From an uncultured Oscillospiraceae bacterium (GTDB lineage: Bacteria > Bacillota > Clostridia > Oscillospirales > Oscillospiraceae): DNA of 64,000 bases. The notes beneath the pieces were generated by a model. That model did not search any database. It was not told where the DNA came from and was given only the letters and a program-made list of their open reading frames with translations. The stretch lies in contig CAJULJ010000003.1 of assembly GCA_910587395.1 (NCBI GenBank), forward strand, positions 7,012 to 71,011. Direction: 5' to 3'. Every line of letters begins with the position of its first letter. The first letter of the stretch is position 1. The position numbers were made by a program, and so were the translations under genes. Below, piece by piece: positions 29,735-40,136 of the stretch.

Positions 29735-31078
29735 TCATTTCATGACGGCGTCCTCCGGTTCCAGCGTCTCGCGGCGGGCCTGGGGCTCCGCCGGGGCGGT
29801 CACGATCATGTTGGGCCAGCGGCGCTCGATGCGCTCGTCGCCGTACTGCCGGTCAATGAACTCCTCAAAGGCATTGGCGGGCTCGGGCTGAACGGCGCGG
29901 GTGCTGTAGCGCAGCATGGCCGCGCTGGTGAGCGCTGCATTGCAGAGCATGAAGAACACCACGATCCAAGTGAAGATCTTGCCCGCCAGGGCGGGCAGGG
30001 ACTCAATGCCCTTGGACATGGCCGGGTAGATCATTTTGATCCAGACCACCGCCAGCACGCCCCAGAAGAAGCAGAACAGCACGTTGGTGCGCCCGCCGAT
30101 GTTCAGCGGCATGCCGCTGTAGTCCCAGAACACGGTGCCGAACACCAGCTCGGTGAACATGCTGCACATGTACTCGTAGGCGCCGCCGATGACGAATCCG
30201 GCGGCGAACACATAGCGGTCGTTTTTCTCCGCCAGCCCCTGGAGGGTGACGGTGAGCACCACGCCCCCCAGCCCCCACACGAAGCTGAACGGGCCGTAGA
30301 GTACGCTGGAGCGGTTCATCCACTGGCCGTCCACCAGGCCGCACCAGAAGGTCTCAATAACGTATCCCAGCAGGGAGGTGCATAGGAACACCCACACCAG
30401 CTTGTCCCAGCACAGGCCCTTGGCGAAGGTGTAGGAGCCCTGGTCCTGCCCACCGGCCGGCTGCATCCCCGGGTACGCTTTTTGCAGGCGCTTCCAGATG
30501 GCGCTGTACACCTTGGCGGCCAGCCTGCCCTGGTTGCTTTCCGCCTGACGCGCTTCGTACCAGGAGGGGTCCCCGGTGCGCATGGCGTAAAATACGGCGG
30601 CAAAGTCCAGGCCCATGAGCGCCAGGAACACAATGACGATGACACGCTTCAACAGCTCCGGCAGGAGCAGCACTCCGGCCAGCAGGAAGGGGTGGAGGAT
30701 CAGGTAGACAATGTAATACACCGCCGCCACTGCGGCGGAAGCCAACAGTCCCCGGCCGCTGCCGGACAGCAGACGGCTGCGGTCCGCCTGCCATTGGATC
30801 TTGGGGCCCACCCGGTGGAAGAAGTGGTCGCCGATGCTCTCCGCCACGGCGGATACCACCATGACGGTCAGGAAGGAGAGAATGTGGCGCCCCGCCAAGG
30901 TGGGCAGCACCAGGAGCAGCAGGTCGAAGGTAAAGCCGTAGGCGGGGATCAGCGGCAGGGAGAGAATGCCCCGGTTGCAGAATCTCCGCCGGGTGACGGC
31001 ATAGTACCCCGCCTCCACAACCCACCCCAGGAAGGAATAGATCAGCAGGTACAGCCCAAGGTCGTATAAACTGTACAT
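29735..31078 (-). CDS. Putative ABC transporter permease (CmpB-like), two homologous membrane domains
   Basis: YSFLGW..E..NRG.L..P and S.LGY..E..NR..L.GPF motif copies; WDYS. Confidence 0.7.
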   Translation of the reverse strand: MYSLYDLGLYLLIYSFLGWVVEAGYYAVTRRRFCNRGILSLPLIPAYGFTFDLLLLVLPTLAGRHILSFLTVMVVSAVAESIGDHFFHRVGPKIQWQADRSRLLSGSGRGLLASAAVAAVYYIVYLILHPFLLAGVLLLPELLKRVIVIVFLALMGLDFAAVFYAMRTGDPSWYEARQAESNQGRLAAKVYSAIWKRLQKAYPGMQPAGGQDQGSYTFAKGLCWDKLVWVFLCTSLLGYVIETFWCGLVDGQWMNRSSVLYGPFSFVWGLGGVVLTVTLQGLAEKNDRYVFAAGFVIGGAYEYMCSMFTELVFGTVFWDYSGMPLNIGGRTNVLFCFFWGVLAVVWIKMIYPAMSKGIESLPALAGKIFTWIVVFFMLCNAALTSAAMLRYSTRAVQPEPANAFEEFIDRQYGDERIERRWPNMIVTAPAEPQARRETLEPEDAVMK

Positions 31079-31177
31079 GGATGGTCACAGCCTTTCTATC
31101 TTGATTTTCTCCTGTAGGAGGCAGCTGTTTATCCAGTATACCATATTTTGTAGAAAAAGGGGAGAGGCTTTTTCCGT

Positions 31178-32125
31178 CTATCCCATCATTGCCTTGGTCA
31201 GCAAAAAGGCCATGGCTCCACAGGCGGGGAAGGTCAGCGCCCAAGCCCCGGCCATCTGGCCCATCACCCGCCTATCCGCGCCCTGGCCCGCGCCGCAGAT
31301 GGCGGACACCTTGGCGTGGGTGGTGGAGGCGGGCAGGCCCAGAACGGAGCAAACCGTCAATACAAATCCCGCGCCCAGATCCGCCGCCAGTCCGTCGGCG
31401 GGGGAGAGGGAGGCAAGCTCCGAGCCCACCTTCTCCACAATGGGCCTTCCGCCCAGAGCGGTGCCCAGGGCCATCACCCCGGCGGTGAGCAGAGCAAGGG
31501 AGAGGCGGGAAGCGGATGTGTTTGTGTCCAGCCCGCCGGTGAGCAGCAGCAGGGCCAGGAATTTCTGCCCGTCCTGCACTCCGTGGAGCAGGGCGGTGAG
31601 GGCGGCGGCGCCTTTCTGCCATGAGGCCGGACGGCGCACCCGCCCCGCCAGTAAGCGCCGGAACAGCCGTCCGGCTGAAACCCCGGCGGGAAGGGACAGC
31701 GCCAGCCCCGCCAGTGCCCGGAGCCATGCCCCGGCGCTGAGCTGCGCCGCCCCGGCCCCCAGCGCGGCGGCTGCGCCGGACAGCCCCGCCAGCAGCGCGT
31801 GGCTCTCGCTGGTGGGCAGGCCGAACCGCCACGCCGCCACCGCCCACAGCACAATGGACAAAAGCGCGGCGTTCAGCGCCGCCGCTGCCGGGCGGGGGTC
31901 GGCAAAGGTCACCAGCTCCCCGATGGTGTCCGCCACGGCGGGAAAGCACAGGCAGGCCAGCGCCGCGCCGGCGAAGTTGCACGCCGCGGCGATCATGACT
32001 GCTTTGCGAAAGGAAAGGGCCCCGGAGCCCACAGCGGTGGCGATGGCGTTGGGCGCATCGGTCCAGCCGTTGACGAAGATCACCGCCAGCACCAGCAGGC
32101 GGGCGAGATGGACGGTCATGGTCAT
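31178..32125 (-). CDS. Inorganic phosphate transporter (PiT family)
   Basis: NGWTDAPNAIAT, GLPTSESHAL, HG.QDGQK, GLPASTTH. Confidence 0.85.
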   Translation of the reverse strand: MTMTVHLARLLVLAVIFVNGWTDAPNAIATAVGSGALSFRKAVMIAAACNFAGAALACLCFPAVADTIGELVTFADPRPAAAALNAALLSIVLWAVAAWRFGLPTSESHALLAGLSGAAAALGAGAAQLSAGAWLRALAGLALSLPAGVSAGRLFRRLLAGRVRRPASWQKGAAALTALLHGVQDGQKFLALLLLTGGLDTNTSASRLSLALLTAGVMALGTALGGRPIVEKVGSELASLSPADGLAADLGAGFVLTVCSVLGLPASTTHAKVSAICGAGQGADRRVMGQMAGAWALTFPACGAMAFLLTKAMMG

Positions 32126-32143
32126 GGCACTCCCTTCCGGGCA

Positions 32144-32172
32144 AGCCTATGGGAGGGAAAAGAAAAATATGC
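32144..32172 (-). promoter_or_regulatory. sigma-E-like (mother cell) promoter for the PiT gene
   Basis: GCATA-16-CATAGGCT on minus strand. Confidence 0.55.
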
Positions 32173-32270
32173 AAAAAATTTAAAAAATTAAGAAGGATTT
32201 TTTCAACGGACGGGGTATAAGTACATAGACGGCAACCTTGCCTCTGACTGAAATACAGGAGGGAAACGCA

Positions 32271-33281
32271 ATGGAGCAGACCATCCGGGAGCGCACCGAG
32301 GCCCTGGAGCGCCAGATGTTATCGCCCCGGGCCTGCCTGTCGGTCAATTCAAAAGGGCGTGCGGCGGTTGTTGAACCGTGTCCCATGCGCACCTGCTTCC
32401 AGCGGGATGTGGACCGGGTGGTGCACTGCAAGTCCTTCCGGCGCTTGAAGCACAAAACCCAGGTGTTCCTTCAGCCCGAGGGGGACCACTACCGCACCCG
32501 CATGACCCACACCCTGGAGGTGTCCCGCATCGCCCGGACCATGGCGCGCGGGCTGGGCCTGAACGAGGATTTGACCGAGGCGGCGGCCCTGGCCCACGAT
32601 TTGGGGCACACCCCCTTCGGTCATGCCGGGGAGCGCGCCCTGTCCCGGATGGTGGAGGGAGGCTTCCGCCACTATGAGCAGTCCCTGCGGGTGGTGGACC
32701 GGCTGGAGAACGAGGGCGCGGGGCTGAACCTGTGCCATGAGGTGCGCTCCGGCATTCTGTGCCATACCAGAGGACCGGTGGCGGACACCCTGGAGGGGCA
32801 GCTGGTGCGGTTTGCCGACAAGATCGCCTACATCAACCACGACATCGACGACGCCATGCGGGGGGGCATCATCTTCCCCACCGACATCCCCATCCATATC
32901 TCCCAGACGCTGGGCTTTACCCACGGGGAGCGCATTGAGACGCTGACCATGGACATTATCCGCGCCAATGCCGAGGGAAACGCAATCCGGCAGTCGGAGC
33001 CGGTGGCGAAGGCCATGGCGGAATTGAAGGAGTTCATGTTTCAGTCCGTATACTTCAATCCCCTCGCAAAAGGAGAGGAGGGCAAGGCGGAGGACATGAT
33101 TTGCCTGTTGTATGAATACTATTACAAGCACACGGACAAGCTGCCCCCGGAGTATCAGGATATTCTGGTGAGGGAGGGGCGTGAGCGGGCGGTGCTGGAC
33201 TACATCGCCGGTATGACGGACACCTACGCCGTGGAGCAGTTCAGCGATCTGTTCATTCCAAGAGGGTGGGTGGTAAAATGA
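32271..33281 (+). CDS. dgt: Deoxyguanosinetriphosphate triphosphohydrolase
   Basis: FQRD.DR, FRRLKHKTQVF, RTRMTHTLEV, HDLGHTPFGH, DYIAGMTD. Confidence 0.93.
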   Translation: MEQTIRERTEALERQMLSPRACLSVNSKGRAAVVEPCPMRTCFQRDVDRVVHCKSFRRLKHKTQVFLQPEGDHYRTRMTHTLEVSRIARTMARGLGLNEDLTEAAALAHDLGHTPFGHAGERALSRMVEGGFRHYEQSLRVVDRLENEGAGLNLCHEVRSGILCHTRGPVADTLEGQLVRFADKIAYINHDIDDAMRGGIIFPTDIPIHISQTLGFTHGERIETLTMDIIRANAEGNAIRQSEPVAKAMAELKEFMFQSVYFNPLAKGEEGKAEDMICLLYEYYYKHTDKLPPEYQDILVREGRERAVLDYIAGMTDTYAVEQFSDLFIPRGWVVK

Positions 33282-33907
33282 CGCAATACCTGGTGCCCGC
33301 CCAGGCGTCGGAGACAGAGTTCACCGAAAAGCGTTCCACCTTCATCGGCCACGTCTGGCCGGTGGAGTCGGAGGAGGAGGCCCGCGCCCGCATCGACGAG
33401 ATGAAAAAGAGATACCACGACGCCCGGCACAACTGCTGGTGCTACCTGCTCAAGGACGGTCCTGTGCGATACTCCGACGACGGCGAGCCCCAGGGCACGG
33501 CCGGCCAGCCTATGCTGGGGGTGTTCCAGAAGGAGGGCGTCACCAACGTGTGCTGTGTGGTCACACGATATTTCGGCGGTGTGCTGTTAGGGGCCGGAGG
33601 CTTGGTCCGGGCCTACACCCAGAGCGCCAAGGAGGCGCTGGACGCGGCGGGGGTGTCGGCTGTGCGGCGCTGGGTGGAGCTGGCGGTGGAATGTCCCTAC
33701 AGCTTTCTGGAGCGGGTGAAGCTGGCCTGTACGGCGCAAGGCGGCATGGTGGGGGAAATTGAGTACGCCGCCAACGTCACCGTACATGCCCTGCTGCCTG
33801 AGGAGAGCGCGGAGGCGTTCTGTGCCCGGATGACGGAGCTGTCTGCCGGAGATTTTGCCGCCATGGAACTAGGAGAAGTGTTCCGGGCTGCTCCGATTCA
33901 GCGATAA
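33278..33907 (+). CDS. yigZ: YigZ/IMPACT family protein
   Basis: DARHNC, SDDGEPQGTAG, VTRYFGGVLLGAGGL. Confidence 0.9.
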   Translation: MTQYLVPAQASETEFTEKRSTFIGHVWPVESEEEARARIDEMKKRYHDARHNCWCYLLKDGPVRYSDDGEPQGTAGQPMLGVFQKEGVTNVCCVVTRYFGGVLLGAGGLVRAYTQSAKEALDAAGVSAVRRWVELAVECPYSFLERVKLACTAQGGMVGEIEYAANVTVHALLPEESAEAFCARMTELSAGDFAAMELGEVFRAAPIQR

Positions 33908-33963
33908 ATTCGCTGAACAGTGATAAAACAGGGCAAAAATGGCTATTATCAGGAGGTGAGGCC

Positions 33964-35745
33964 ATGGCCATACCCGATTCCTTTCTGGATGAGCTGAACG
34001 GACGGCTGAACATTGTGGACGTGGTATCCTCCTATCTGCCTTTGAATAAGAAGGGGGCCAACTATTGGGGGCTGTGTCCGTTCCACCACGAAAAGACCCC
34101 GTCCTTTTCCGTCAACGAGTCCAAGCAGATTTTCCACTGCTTCGGCTGCGGCAAGGGGGGCGGACCCACGCGCTTTGTCATGGAGATGGACGGCCTGTCC
34201 TTCCCTGAGGCGGTGCGCAAGCTGGCGGGCCAGGCGGGCTTGCAGGTGCCCGAGGACAGCCCGGAGGATGGAAAGCGGCGGGAGCGGCGAAAGCGTGTGC
34301 TGGAGCTGAACAAGGAGGCCGCCCGGTTCTACCGCTCCATGCTCACCGACGCCAGAGGGGCGCCGGTGGCGTCCTACATCCGGGACAAGCGGCGCATCAG
34401 CCCCAAGTTTTCCGCCCGGTTCGGCCTGGGGGCGGCGCCGGATGCCTGGGACAGCCTCATCACCGCCATGCGGGATAAGGGCTATGACAAAACCGACCTC
34501 ATTGAGGCGGGGCTGGCCGTGGCGGGCAAGGGAGGCGGTGTGTACGACAAGTACCGCAACCGCCTGATGCTCCCGGTGATCGATGTGCGGGGGGATGTCA
34601 TCGGCTTTACCAGCCGGGTGATGGACGACTCCACCCCCAAATACCTCAACACTCCGGAGACCTCCATTTTTAAAAAGCGATCTATCCTGTATGGCTTGAA
34701 TTACGCCAAAAACACCAAGCGCCCCAACTTTATTTTGGTGGAGGGCAACATCGACGTGATCACGCTTCACCAGGCGGGGTTTGACAACACGGTGGCCACC
34801 ATGGGCACCGCCCTCACAGAGGAGCACGTCCGCCTGCTGGAACGGTATACCAAGGAGCTGGTGCTGTGCTACGACAACGACGCCGCCGGTGAGGACGCCA
34901 CCCAGCGGGCCATCGCGCTGCTGAAGAACTCAGAGGTGAGGGTGAGGGTGCTGCGCCTGCCCAAGCGGCAGATGCCGGACGGCACGCTGGGCAAGCAGGA
35001 CGCGGACGACTACATCAAAAACGCGGGAGCGCAGGCTTTTGAGCATTTGATGAGCCAGAGCGCCAATTCAGCGCAGTACCGCCTGAGCGTGGTACAGGCG
35101 AATTTTGACCTGAGCCGGGACGACCAGAGGGGCGCGTATCTGCAAGCGGCGGCGGAGGTGGTGGCCGCCCTCCCCAGCCCGGTGGAGCGGGAGATCTATG
35201 CCGGGCGGTGCGCCGAGGAGGCGAAGGTGTCCAAGGAGGCGGTGCTCCAGGAGGTGGACCGCCTGCGGAAAAAGCGCAGCCGGCAGGCCCGGAGGCAGGA
35301 GGAGCGCCAGAACCTGACCCCCGCCCGGCAGCTCCAGCCCAAGAGCCGGGAGCTGCGGTATACCAATGTCCGCTCCGCGCTGGCGGAGGAAGGCGTTTTG
35401 CGGGTGGTGCTGCTGGACGCCGAACTGTTCCGGGAGCTGGACGAGCTGACGCCGGAGCACTTTTCCTCGCCCCTGCTGGGCAAGGCGTTTGCTCTGCTGC
35501 GGGAGCGGTGGGAGACGGGCAGAAGCGTATCCCTGCCGGCACTGGAGGGGCGGCTTGCCCCGGAGGAGCTGGACCAGCTGGCAGCCGTCGTCCAGCAGCC
35601 GCAGGCCCGCGGTACGGCTCGGGAGGCGCTGGAGGACTGCAAGCAGACCATCCTTGCGGAAAGCCGCAGGGGAGACATACATAGCGCGGAGGACTTGAAT
35701 GGATTGAGACAGGCGCTGAAACAGAAAAAAGGCTTTGGAGGATGA
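33964..35745 (+). CDS. dnaG: DNA primase
   Basis: [11 protein letters not shown] zinc finger, [18 protein letters not shown]. Confidence 0.96.
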   Translation: MAIPDSFLDELNGRLNIVDVVSSYLPLNKKGANYWGLCPFHHEKTPSFSVNESKQIFHCFGCGKGGGPTRFVMEMDGLSFPEAVRKLAGQAGLQVPEDSPEDGKRRERRKRVLELNKEAARFYRSMLTDARGAPVASYIRDKRRISPKFSARFGLGAAPDAWDSLITAMRDKGYDKTDLIEAGLAVAGKGGGVYDKYRNRLMLPVIDVRGDVIGFTSRVMDDSTPKYLNTPETSIFKKRSILYGLNYAKNTKRPNFILVEGNIDVITLHQAGFDNTVATMGTALTEEHVRLLERYTKELVLCYDNDAAGEDATQRAIALLKNSEVRVRVLRLPKRQMPDGTLGKQDADDYIKNAGAQAFEHLMSQSANSAQYRLSVVQANFDLSRDDQRGAYLQAAAEVVAALPSPVEREIYAGRCAEEAKVSKEAVLQEVDRLRKKRSRQARRQEERQNLTPARQLQPKSRELRYTNVRSALAEEGVLRVVLLDAELFRELDELTPEHFSSPLLGKAFALLRERWETGRSVSLPALEGRLAPEELDQLAAVVQQPQARGTAREALEDCKQTILAESRRGDIHSAEDLNGLRQALKQKKGFGG

Positions 35746-35752
35746 AAGACCA

Positions 35753-37057
35753 ATGAGTGAAAAGAAAAAGACCGGGAAAAAGACGGAGAGCGCGCCCCAT
35801 ACCCAGGCCAGCCCCGAGAAGCTGGAGGCGGCCAAGGCGGAGCTTGCCAAAATGGTGGAGGGGGTCCAGAACGGTGAGAAGCTGCTGGAGCTCATCGACA
35901 CCGGCTACAAAAAGGGTAAGCTGTCCTCCGGCGAGATGATGGAGACGCTGGATTCCATCAGCCTGGAAAGCGAGCAGATGGACAAGGTGTACGACGTGCT
36001 GGAGAATCTGGGCATCGACACCGCCGGGGACGACTTCCCGCCGGAGCTGGACGACGACATCCTGCCGCCCGCCGAGGAGCTGGAGGAGATTCCCGAAGAG
36101 GAGATCGTGGACCCCAACACGCTGGTGGACTCCTTCGCCATCGACGACCCGGTGCGGATGTACCTGAAGGAGATCGGCAAGGTGGATCTGCTTACCCCCG
36201 AGCGGGAGGTGGAGCTGGCCCAGGCCATGGGGGCCGGGGCGGCGGCTCAGGAGCAGCTGGCCGAGCTGGAGAAGTCCGGCGAGCCCATCCCCGAGGAGAC
36301 CTTGAAGGAGCTGAAAAAGGCCGTCAAGGGCGGCGAGCGGGCCAAGCAGTCGCTGGCGGAGGCCAATCTGCGCCTGGTGGTGTCCATCGCCAAGCGGTAT
36401 GTGGGCCGGGGAATGCTGTTTTTGGACCTGATCCAGGAGGGCAATCTGGGTCTCATCAAGGCGGTGGAGAAGTTTGACTACACCAAGGGCTACAAATTCT
36501 CCACCTACGCCACCTGGTGGATTCGTCAGGCCATCACCCGGGCCATTGCCGACCAGGCCCGGACCATCCGTATTCCGGTGCACATGGTGGAGACCATCAA
36601 CAAGGTCATCCGGGTGAACCGGCAGCTCTTGCAGGAGCTGGGCCACGACCCCACCCCGGAGGAGACCGCCGAGGAGATGGGCATGCCGGTGGAGAAGGTG
36701 CGGGAGATTCTCAAAATCGCCCAGGAGCCGGTATCCCTGGAGACACCCATTGGCGAGGAGGAGGACAGCCATCTGGGCGACTTCATCCCCGACGAGGATG
36801 CGTCGGAGCCGTCGGAGGCGGCGTCCTTCACCCTGCTGAAGGAGCAGCTGGTGGATGTGCTGTCCACCCTGACCCCCCGGGAGGAGAAGGTGCTGCGCCT
36901 GCGCTTCGGCATCGAGGACGGCCGGACCCGGACGTTGGAGGAAGTGGGCAAGGAGTTCAACGTCACCCGCGAGCGCATCCGGCAGATCGAGGCCAAGGCC
37001 CTGCGCAAACTGCGCCATCCGTCCAGGAGCAAGAAATTGAAGGACTTTTTGAGCTGA
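35753..37057 (+). CDS. rpoD: RNA polymerase primary sigma factor
   Basis: [44 protein letters not shown]. Confidence 0.97.
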   Translation: MSEKKKTGKKTESAPHTQASPEKLEAAKAELAKMVEGVQNGEKLLELIDTGYKKGKLSSGEMMETLDSISLESEQMDKVYDVLENLGIDTAGDDFPPELDDDILPPAEELEEIPEEEIVDPNTLVDSFAIDDPVRMYLKEIGKVDLLTPEREVELAQAMGAGAAAQEQLAELEKSGEPIPEETLKELKKAVKGGERAKQSLAEANLRLVVSIAKRYVGRGMLFLDLIQEGNLGLIKAVEKFDYTKGYKFSTYATWWIRQAITRAIADQARTIRIPVHMVETINKVIRVNRQLLQELGHDPTPEETAEEMGMPVEKVREILKIAQEPVSLETPIGEEEDSHLGDFIPDEDASEPSEAASFTLLKEQLVDVLSTLTPREEKVLRLRFGIEDGRTRTLEEVGKEFNVTRERIRQIEAKALRKLRHPSRSKKLKDFLS

Positions 37058-37065
37058 ATCTTGTT

Positions 37066-37114
37066 AAGAGAAAGGACAGCGTGACGCAAACTGCGTCACG
37101 CTGTCCTTTCTCTT
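37066..37114. terminator. Bidirectional terminator with 23-bp perfect stem
   Basis: AAGAGAAAGGACAGCGTGACGCA-AAC-TGCGTCACGCTGTCCTTTCTCTT. Confidence 0.85.
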
Positions 37115-37123
37115 CGGCGGTCA

Positions 37124-37501
37124 TCATTTTGAGCGTTTATTTCTTTGTGTTAAGCAGAGCGAAACAGAGGTAATCAAATGGATCAGGGCCATCGCAGTAT
37201 AACAGCCTCCTAAGAGATAATTGGGTGAAGCTGTGTCCGGCCAGCGCATTTTATTGCGTATTTGCAGCATGAAGAGGACTGTGAGAAAAAGAGAGAAGGC
37301 TGTTAGAAAGTGATAGCACCACACGGCCCACCGTTTGTTTTGGCTGAGGAAATGGAATACCGCGAGGTACGCCACCAAAAATGGCCAGACAATGTGATAC
37401 ACGAAAACACAGATGATTTTTGTAACGGTAAAGATCAAGAGGTTGGCAAACAGAAGGGCTGGACTCAACTGCGCCTTGGGCGCCTGAGGCTTCTGGGACA
37501 T
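37124..37501 (-). CDS. Hypothetical small membrane protein, AT-rich relative to neighbours
   Basis: 125-aa ORF, AAAAGGAG RBS, about 4 hydrophobic segments. Confidence 0.6.
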   Translation of the reverse strand: MSQKPQAPKAQLSPALLFANLLIFTVTKIICVFVYHIVWPFLVAYLAVFHFLSQNKRWAVWCYHFLTAFSLFLTVLFMLQIRNKMRWPDTASPNYLLGGCYTAMALIHLITSVSLCLTQRNKRSK

Positions 37502-37514
37502 AACACACTCCTTT

Positions 37515-38405
37515 TCACCGGAACACCCGGTTAAAATCCCTGGGCATCTTGGCCTTGAAGGTGATCTGCTCCCCGGTGGCGGGGTGAGTGAAGGATAACT
37601 CGTTGGCGTGGAGGCACAAACGCCCGATGGGGTTGGTCTTGGCGCCGTACTGCTTATCCCCGGCCACGGGACAGCCCAGCTCCTTCATATGGACGCGGAT
37701 CTGGTTTTTTCGCCCCGTTTCGATGCTGATGTCCAGCAGGGCATAGCCGCCCCCGGACTTTTTGACCTCATAGCTGGTAATGGCCTCCTTAGCGCCCTTC
37801 CCAGGCGCACCGGAAAAGCTGAGATGGGTGTCTGTCTCCACCAGCCAGGAGCGGATGGTGTCCCGGTCCGGCTTGGGGACGCCCTCCACCACCGCCAGGT
37901 AGCCCCGGCGGGTGATGATCTCGTTCCATTTGGACTGGAACAGCTCCTTGGTTTCGGCGTCCCGGGCGAACATCAGCACCCCGGAGGTATCCCGGTCCAG
38001 GCGGTGGAGGATGAAAATGCGGTTGTCCACCCGCTTGCTTTTCACGTAGTCGGTGACCATGTGGTAGGCGGTGCGGTTTTTTTCCTTGTCATTGGCCACG
38101 CTGAGCAGCTTGGCGGGCTTGTTCACCACGATGAGGTGTTCGTCCTCGTAGAGGATGGGAAAGGGGAGCGCGTCCGCTTTTGGGGCAGAGGCGGGCAGGA
38201 TGCTCACCTTCTGCCCTGGGGACAGGGGCGTGTCGAACTGGGAGACGGGCACGCCGTCCACCGCCACCAGCCGCCGGGACAGCAGGGATTTTACGTTGTT
38301 GCGGCTCTTGCCTTTGACGCGTTCCAGCAGGAAGGGGAGCAGGGTGGCGGGCTCGCTCACCGTATAGACAGGGGCCTCGCCCCGATGCTGATTGTTGTGT
38401 TTCAT
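37515..38405 (-). CDS. RluA family pseudouridine synthase
   Basis: VNKPA, HRLDRDTSG, TGRKNQIRVH, GD..YG, LCLHA. Confidence 0.92.
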   Translation of the reverse strand: MKHNNQHRGEAPVYTVSEPATLLPFLLERVKGKSRNNVKSLLSRRLVAVDGVPVSQFDTPLSPGQKVSILPASAPKADALPFPILYEDEHLIVVNKPAKLLSVANDKEKNRTAYHMVTDYVKSKRVDNRIFILHRLDRDTSGVLMFARDAETKELFQSKWNEIITRRGYLAVVEGVPKPDRDTIRSWLVETDTHLSFSGAPGKGAKEAITSYEVKKSGGGYALLDISIETGRKNQIRVHMKELGCPVAGDKQYGAKTNPIGRLCLHANELSFTHPATGEQITFKAKMPRDFNRVFR

Positions 38406-38529
38406 AATTGACCGCCCTTTAAAAGGTTTTGCCCATTGTATCACAGCTTCCGGGAAAAGTCCACGAAATTCCATTGGGACAAGCAAGCCGGACCGTTTTT
38501 TCTCATAAGCTTCCCAGAGGTGATGTATC

Positions 38530-38805
38530 GTGGGAGAAAAAGCGGGCCTGCTGCTCAAGGCGTCCCGGCTGTTCGACCTGCCCGCCGACGCGCTGGCGGG
38601 CGCGCCCAGAGTGGAGGTGATCGGGGATGGAGAGCTGCGCATGGGTCCCCATCGGGGCATCCTGGCTTACGGGCCGGAGGAGATCCACATATCCGGCGGC
38701 AGCATGGTGGTGCTGGTGCGGGGCAGCGGCTTGGAGCTGCGGGCTATGACCCCGGAGGAGCTGCTGATCACAGGCGCCATCACAGCTGTGGAATTTGTGA
38801 GGTGA
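38530..38805 (+). CDS. yqfC: YabP/YqfC family sporulation protein
   Basis: 91 aa, DLP....G.P, H.GIL.Y, G..L pattern; upstream of yqfD. Confidence 0.8.
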   Translation: MGEKAGLLLKASRLFDLPADALAGAPRVEVIGDGELRMGPHRGILAYGPEEIHISGGSMVVLVRGSGLELRAMTPEELLITGAITAVEFVR

Positions 38806-38806
38806 G

Positions 38807-40069
38807 ATGATGAAAAAGCTCATCAACCTGCTGCGGGGGTATGTGGAGCTGGAGGCGTCCGGGGCTTTTCCGGAACGACTCTTGAATCTGTGCGCCCAAA
38901 ACCGCTTGCAATTCTGGAGGCTGCGCTGGCTGGATGAGACCAGTTTTACCTTCCGCGTCGCGCTTCAGGACCGCAAGCGGCTGGAGGAGCTGGCCCGGCG
39001 CTCCATGTGTGAGCTCAGTGAAAAGAGGCGCCGGGGGGCGGCGGTGGTGGCGGAGGGCATCATAGAGCGCCGCTGGGGGTTTCTGGCGGGGCTGGCGCTC
39101 TGCTTTCTGGCGGTGAGCTTCCTCTCCCGGTTTCTGATCGTCATTGAGGTGACGGGCAACGAGACGGTCCCCACCGCCGTCATCCTGTCCCAGCTCCAGC
39201 GGGTGGGGGTGCGGCCCGGGGCCTACGGCCCCGCCATCGTGGAGAAGGAGGCGGCCAATGAGGCTCTGCTGGGCCTGCCGGAGCTCTCCTATCTTGCCAT
39301 CAACATCTATGGCACCCGGGCGGAGGTGGTGGTCCACGAGGCGGAGAAAAAGCCCGAGCTGCTGGAGGAAGAGATCCCCACCGATGTGGTGGCGAAAGCG
39401 GACGGCATCATAGAGCACATCCACATCAGCTCGGGCCGCGCCCTGTTTCAGGATGGGGACATCGTGGCTGAGGGTGAGGTGCTGATCACCGGGGAGCTGG
39501 ATTTGAGGGAGCCTGAGTACGGCACGGTGGATACGGGGCGTCTGATCGTCCACGCCGAGGGAACGGTGAAGGCCCGTACATGGCGGACCTTGGAGGAGAC
39601 CATTCCGCTCACCGCCCAGGGAAAGGCCTATACCGGAGAGGAACGCACCGGGTACGGGATAAAATTTTTGTGGCTGGACCTGGATTTTTTACAAAACAGT
39701 AGCATTTCCCAGGGCAGATATGATAAAATAACCAGGACCGAGCAATTGAACCTTTTTGACCAAGCCCTGCCCGTCTGGCTGACCACCACCACCCTGCGGG
39801 GCTACGACCTGGAGGAGCGGCCCGTTGACCAGGAGGAGGCCGTGCTGCGGCTGGAGCAGGTCCTCACGGCCCGGCTGTCGGAGCTGATGGAGGCCAACCA
39901 GGGAGAAGTCCTCCAGACGGATTTTGTGACGCGGGAGGAAAATGGGCGGCTCACCGTCACCCTGCTGGCGGAGTGCCGGGAGGAGATCGGCCGCACGGTG
40001 GAGCGGGAAGGGGAAGTGGGACGCGTCTACGGTGGAAGCGCTGACCCGTCGCGGACAGGTGAGGCGTGA
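38807..40069 (+). CDS. yqfD: Sporulation protein YqfD
   Basis: GYV..G.FPERLLN, TM segment, DVVA.ADG.I, V.ARTW; synteny with phoH. Confidence 0.87.
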   Translation: MMKKLINLLRGYVELEASGAFPERLLNLCAQNRLQFWRLRWLDETSFTFRVALQDRKRLEELARRSMCELSEKRRRGAAVVAEGIIERRWGFLAGLALCFLAVSFLSRFLIVIEVTGNETVPTAVILSQLQRVGVRPGAYGPAIVEKEAANEALLGLPELSYLAINIYGTRAEVVVHEAEKKPELLEEEIPTDVVAKADGIIEHIHISSGRALFQDGDIVAEGEVLITGELDLREPEYGTVDTGRLIVHAEGTVKARTWRTLEETIPLTAQGKAYTGEERTGYGIKFLWLDLDFLQNSSISQGRYDKITRTEQLNLFDQALPVWLTTTTLRGYDLEERPVDQEEAVLRLEQVLTARLSELMEANQGEVLQTDFVTREENGRLTVTLLAECREEIGRTVEREGEVGRVYGGSADPSRTGEA

Positions 40070-40136
40070 CAGTGGCGCGTCCCAGGAAGATATTACGCAA
40101 GACAACGGCTGAACGCCGCGTGTAAGGAGAATACCA

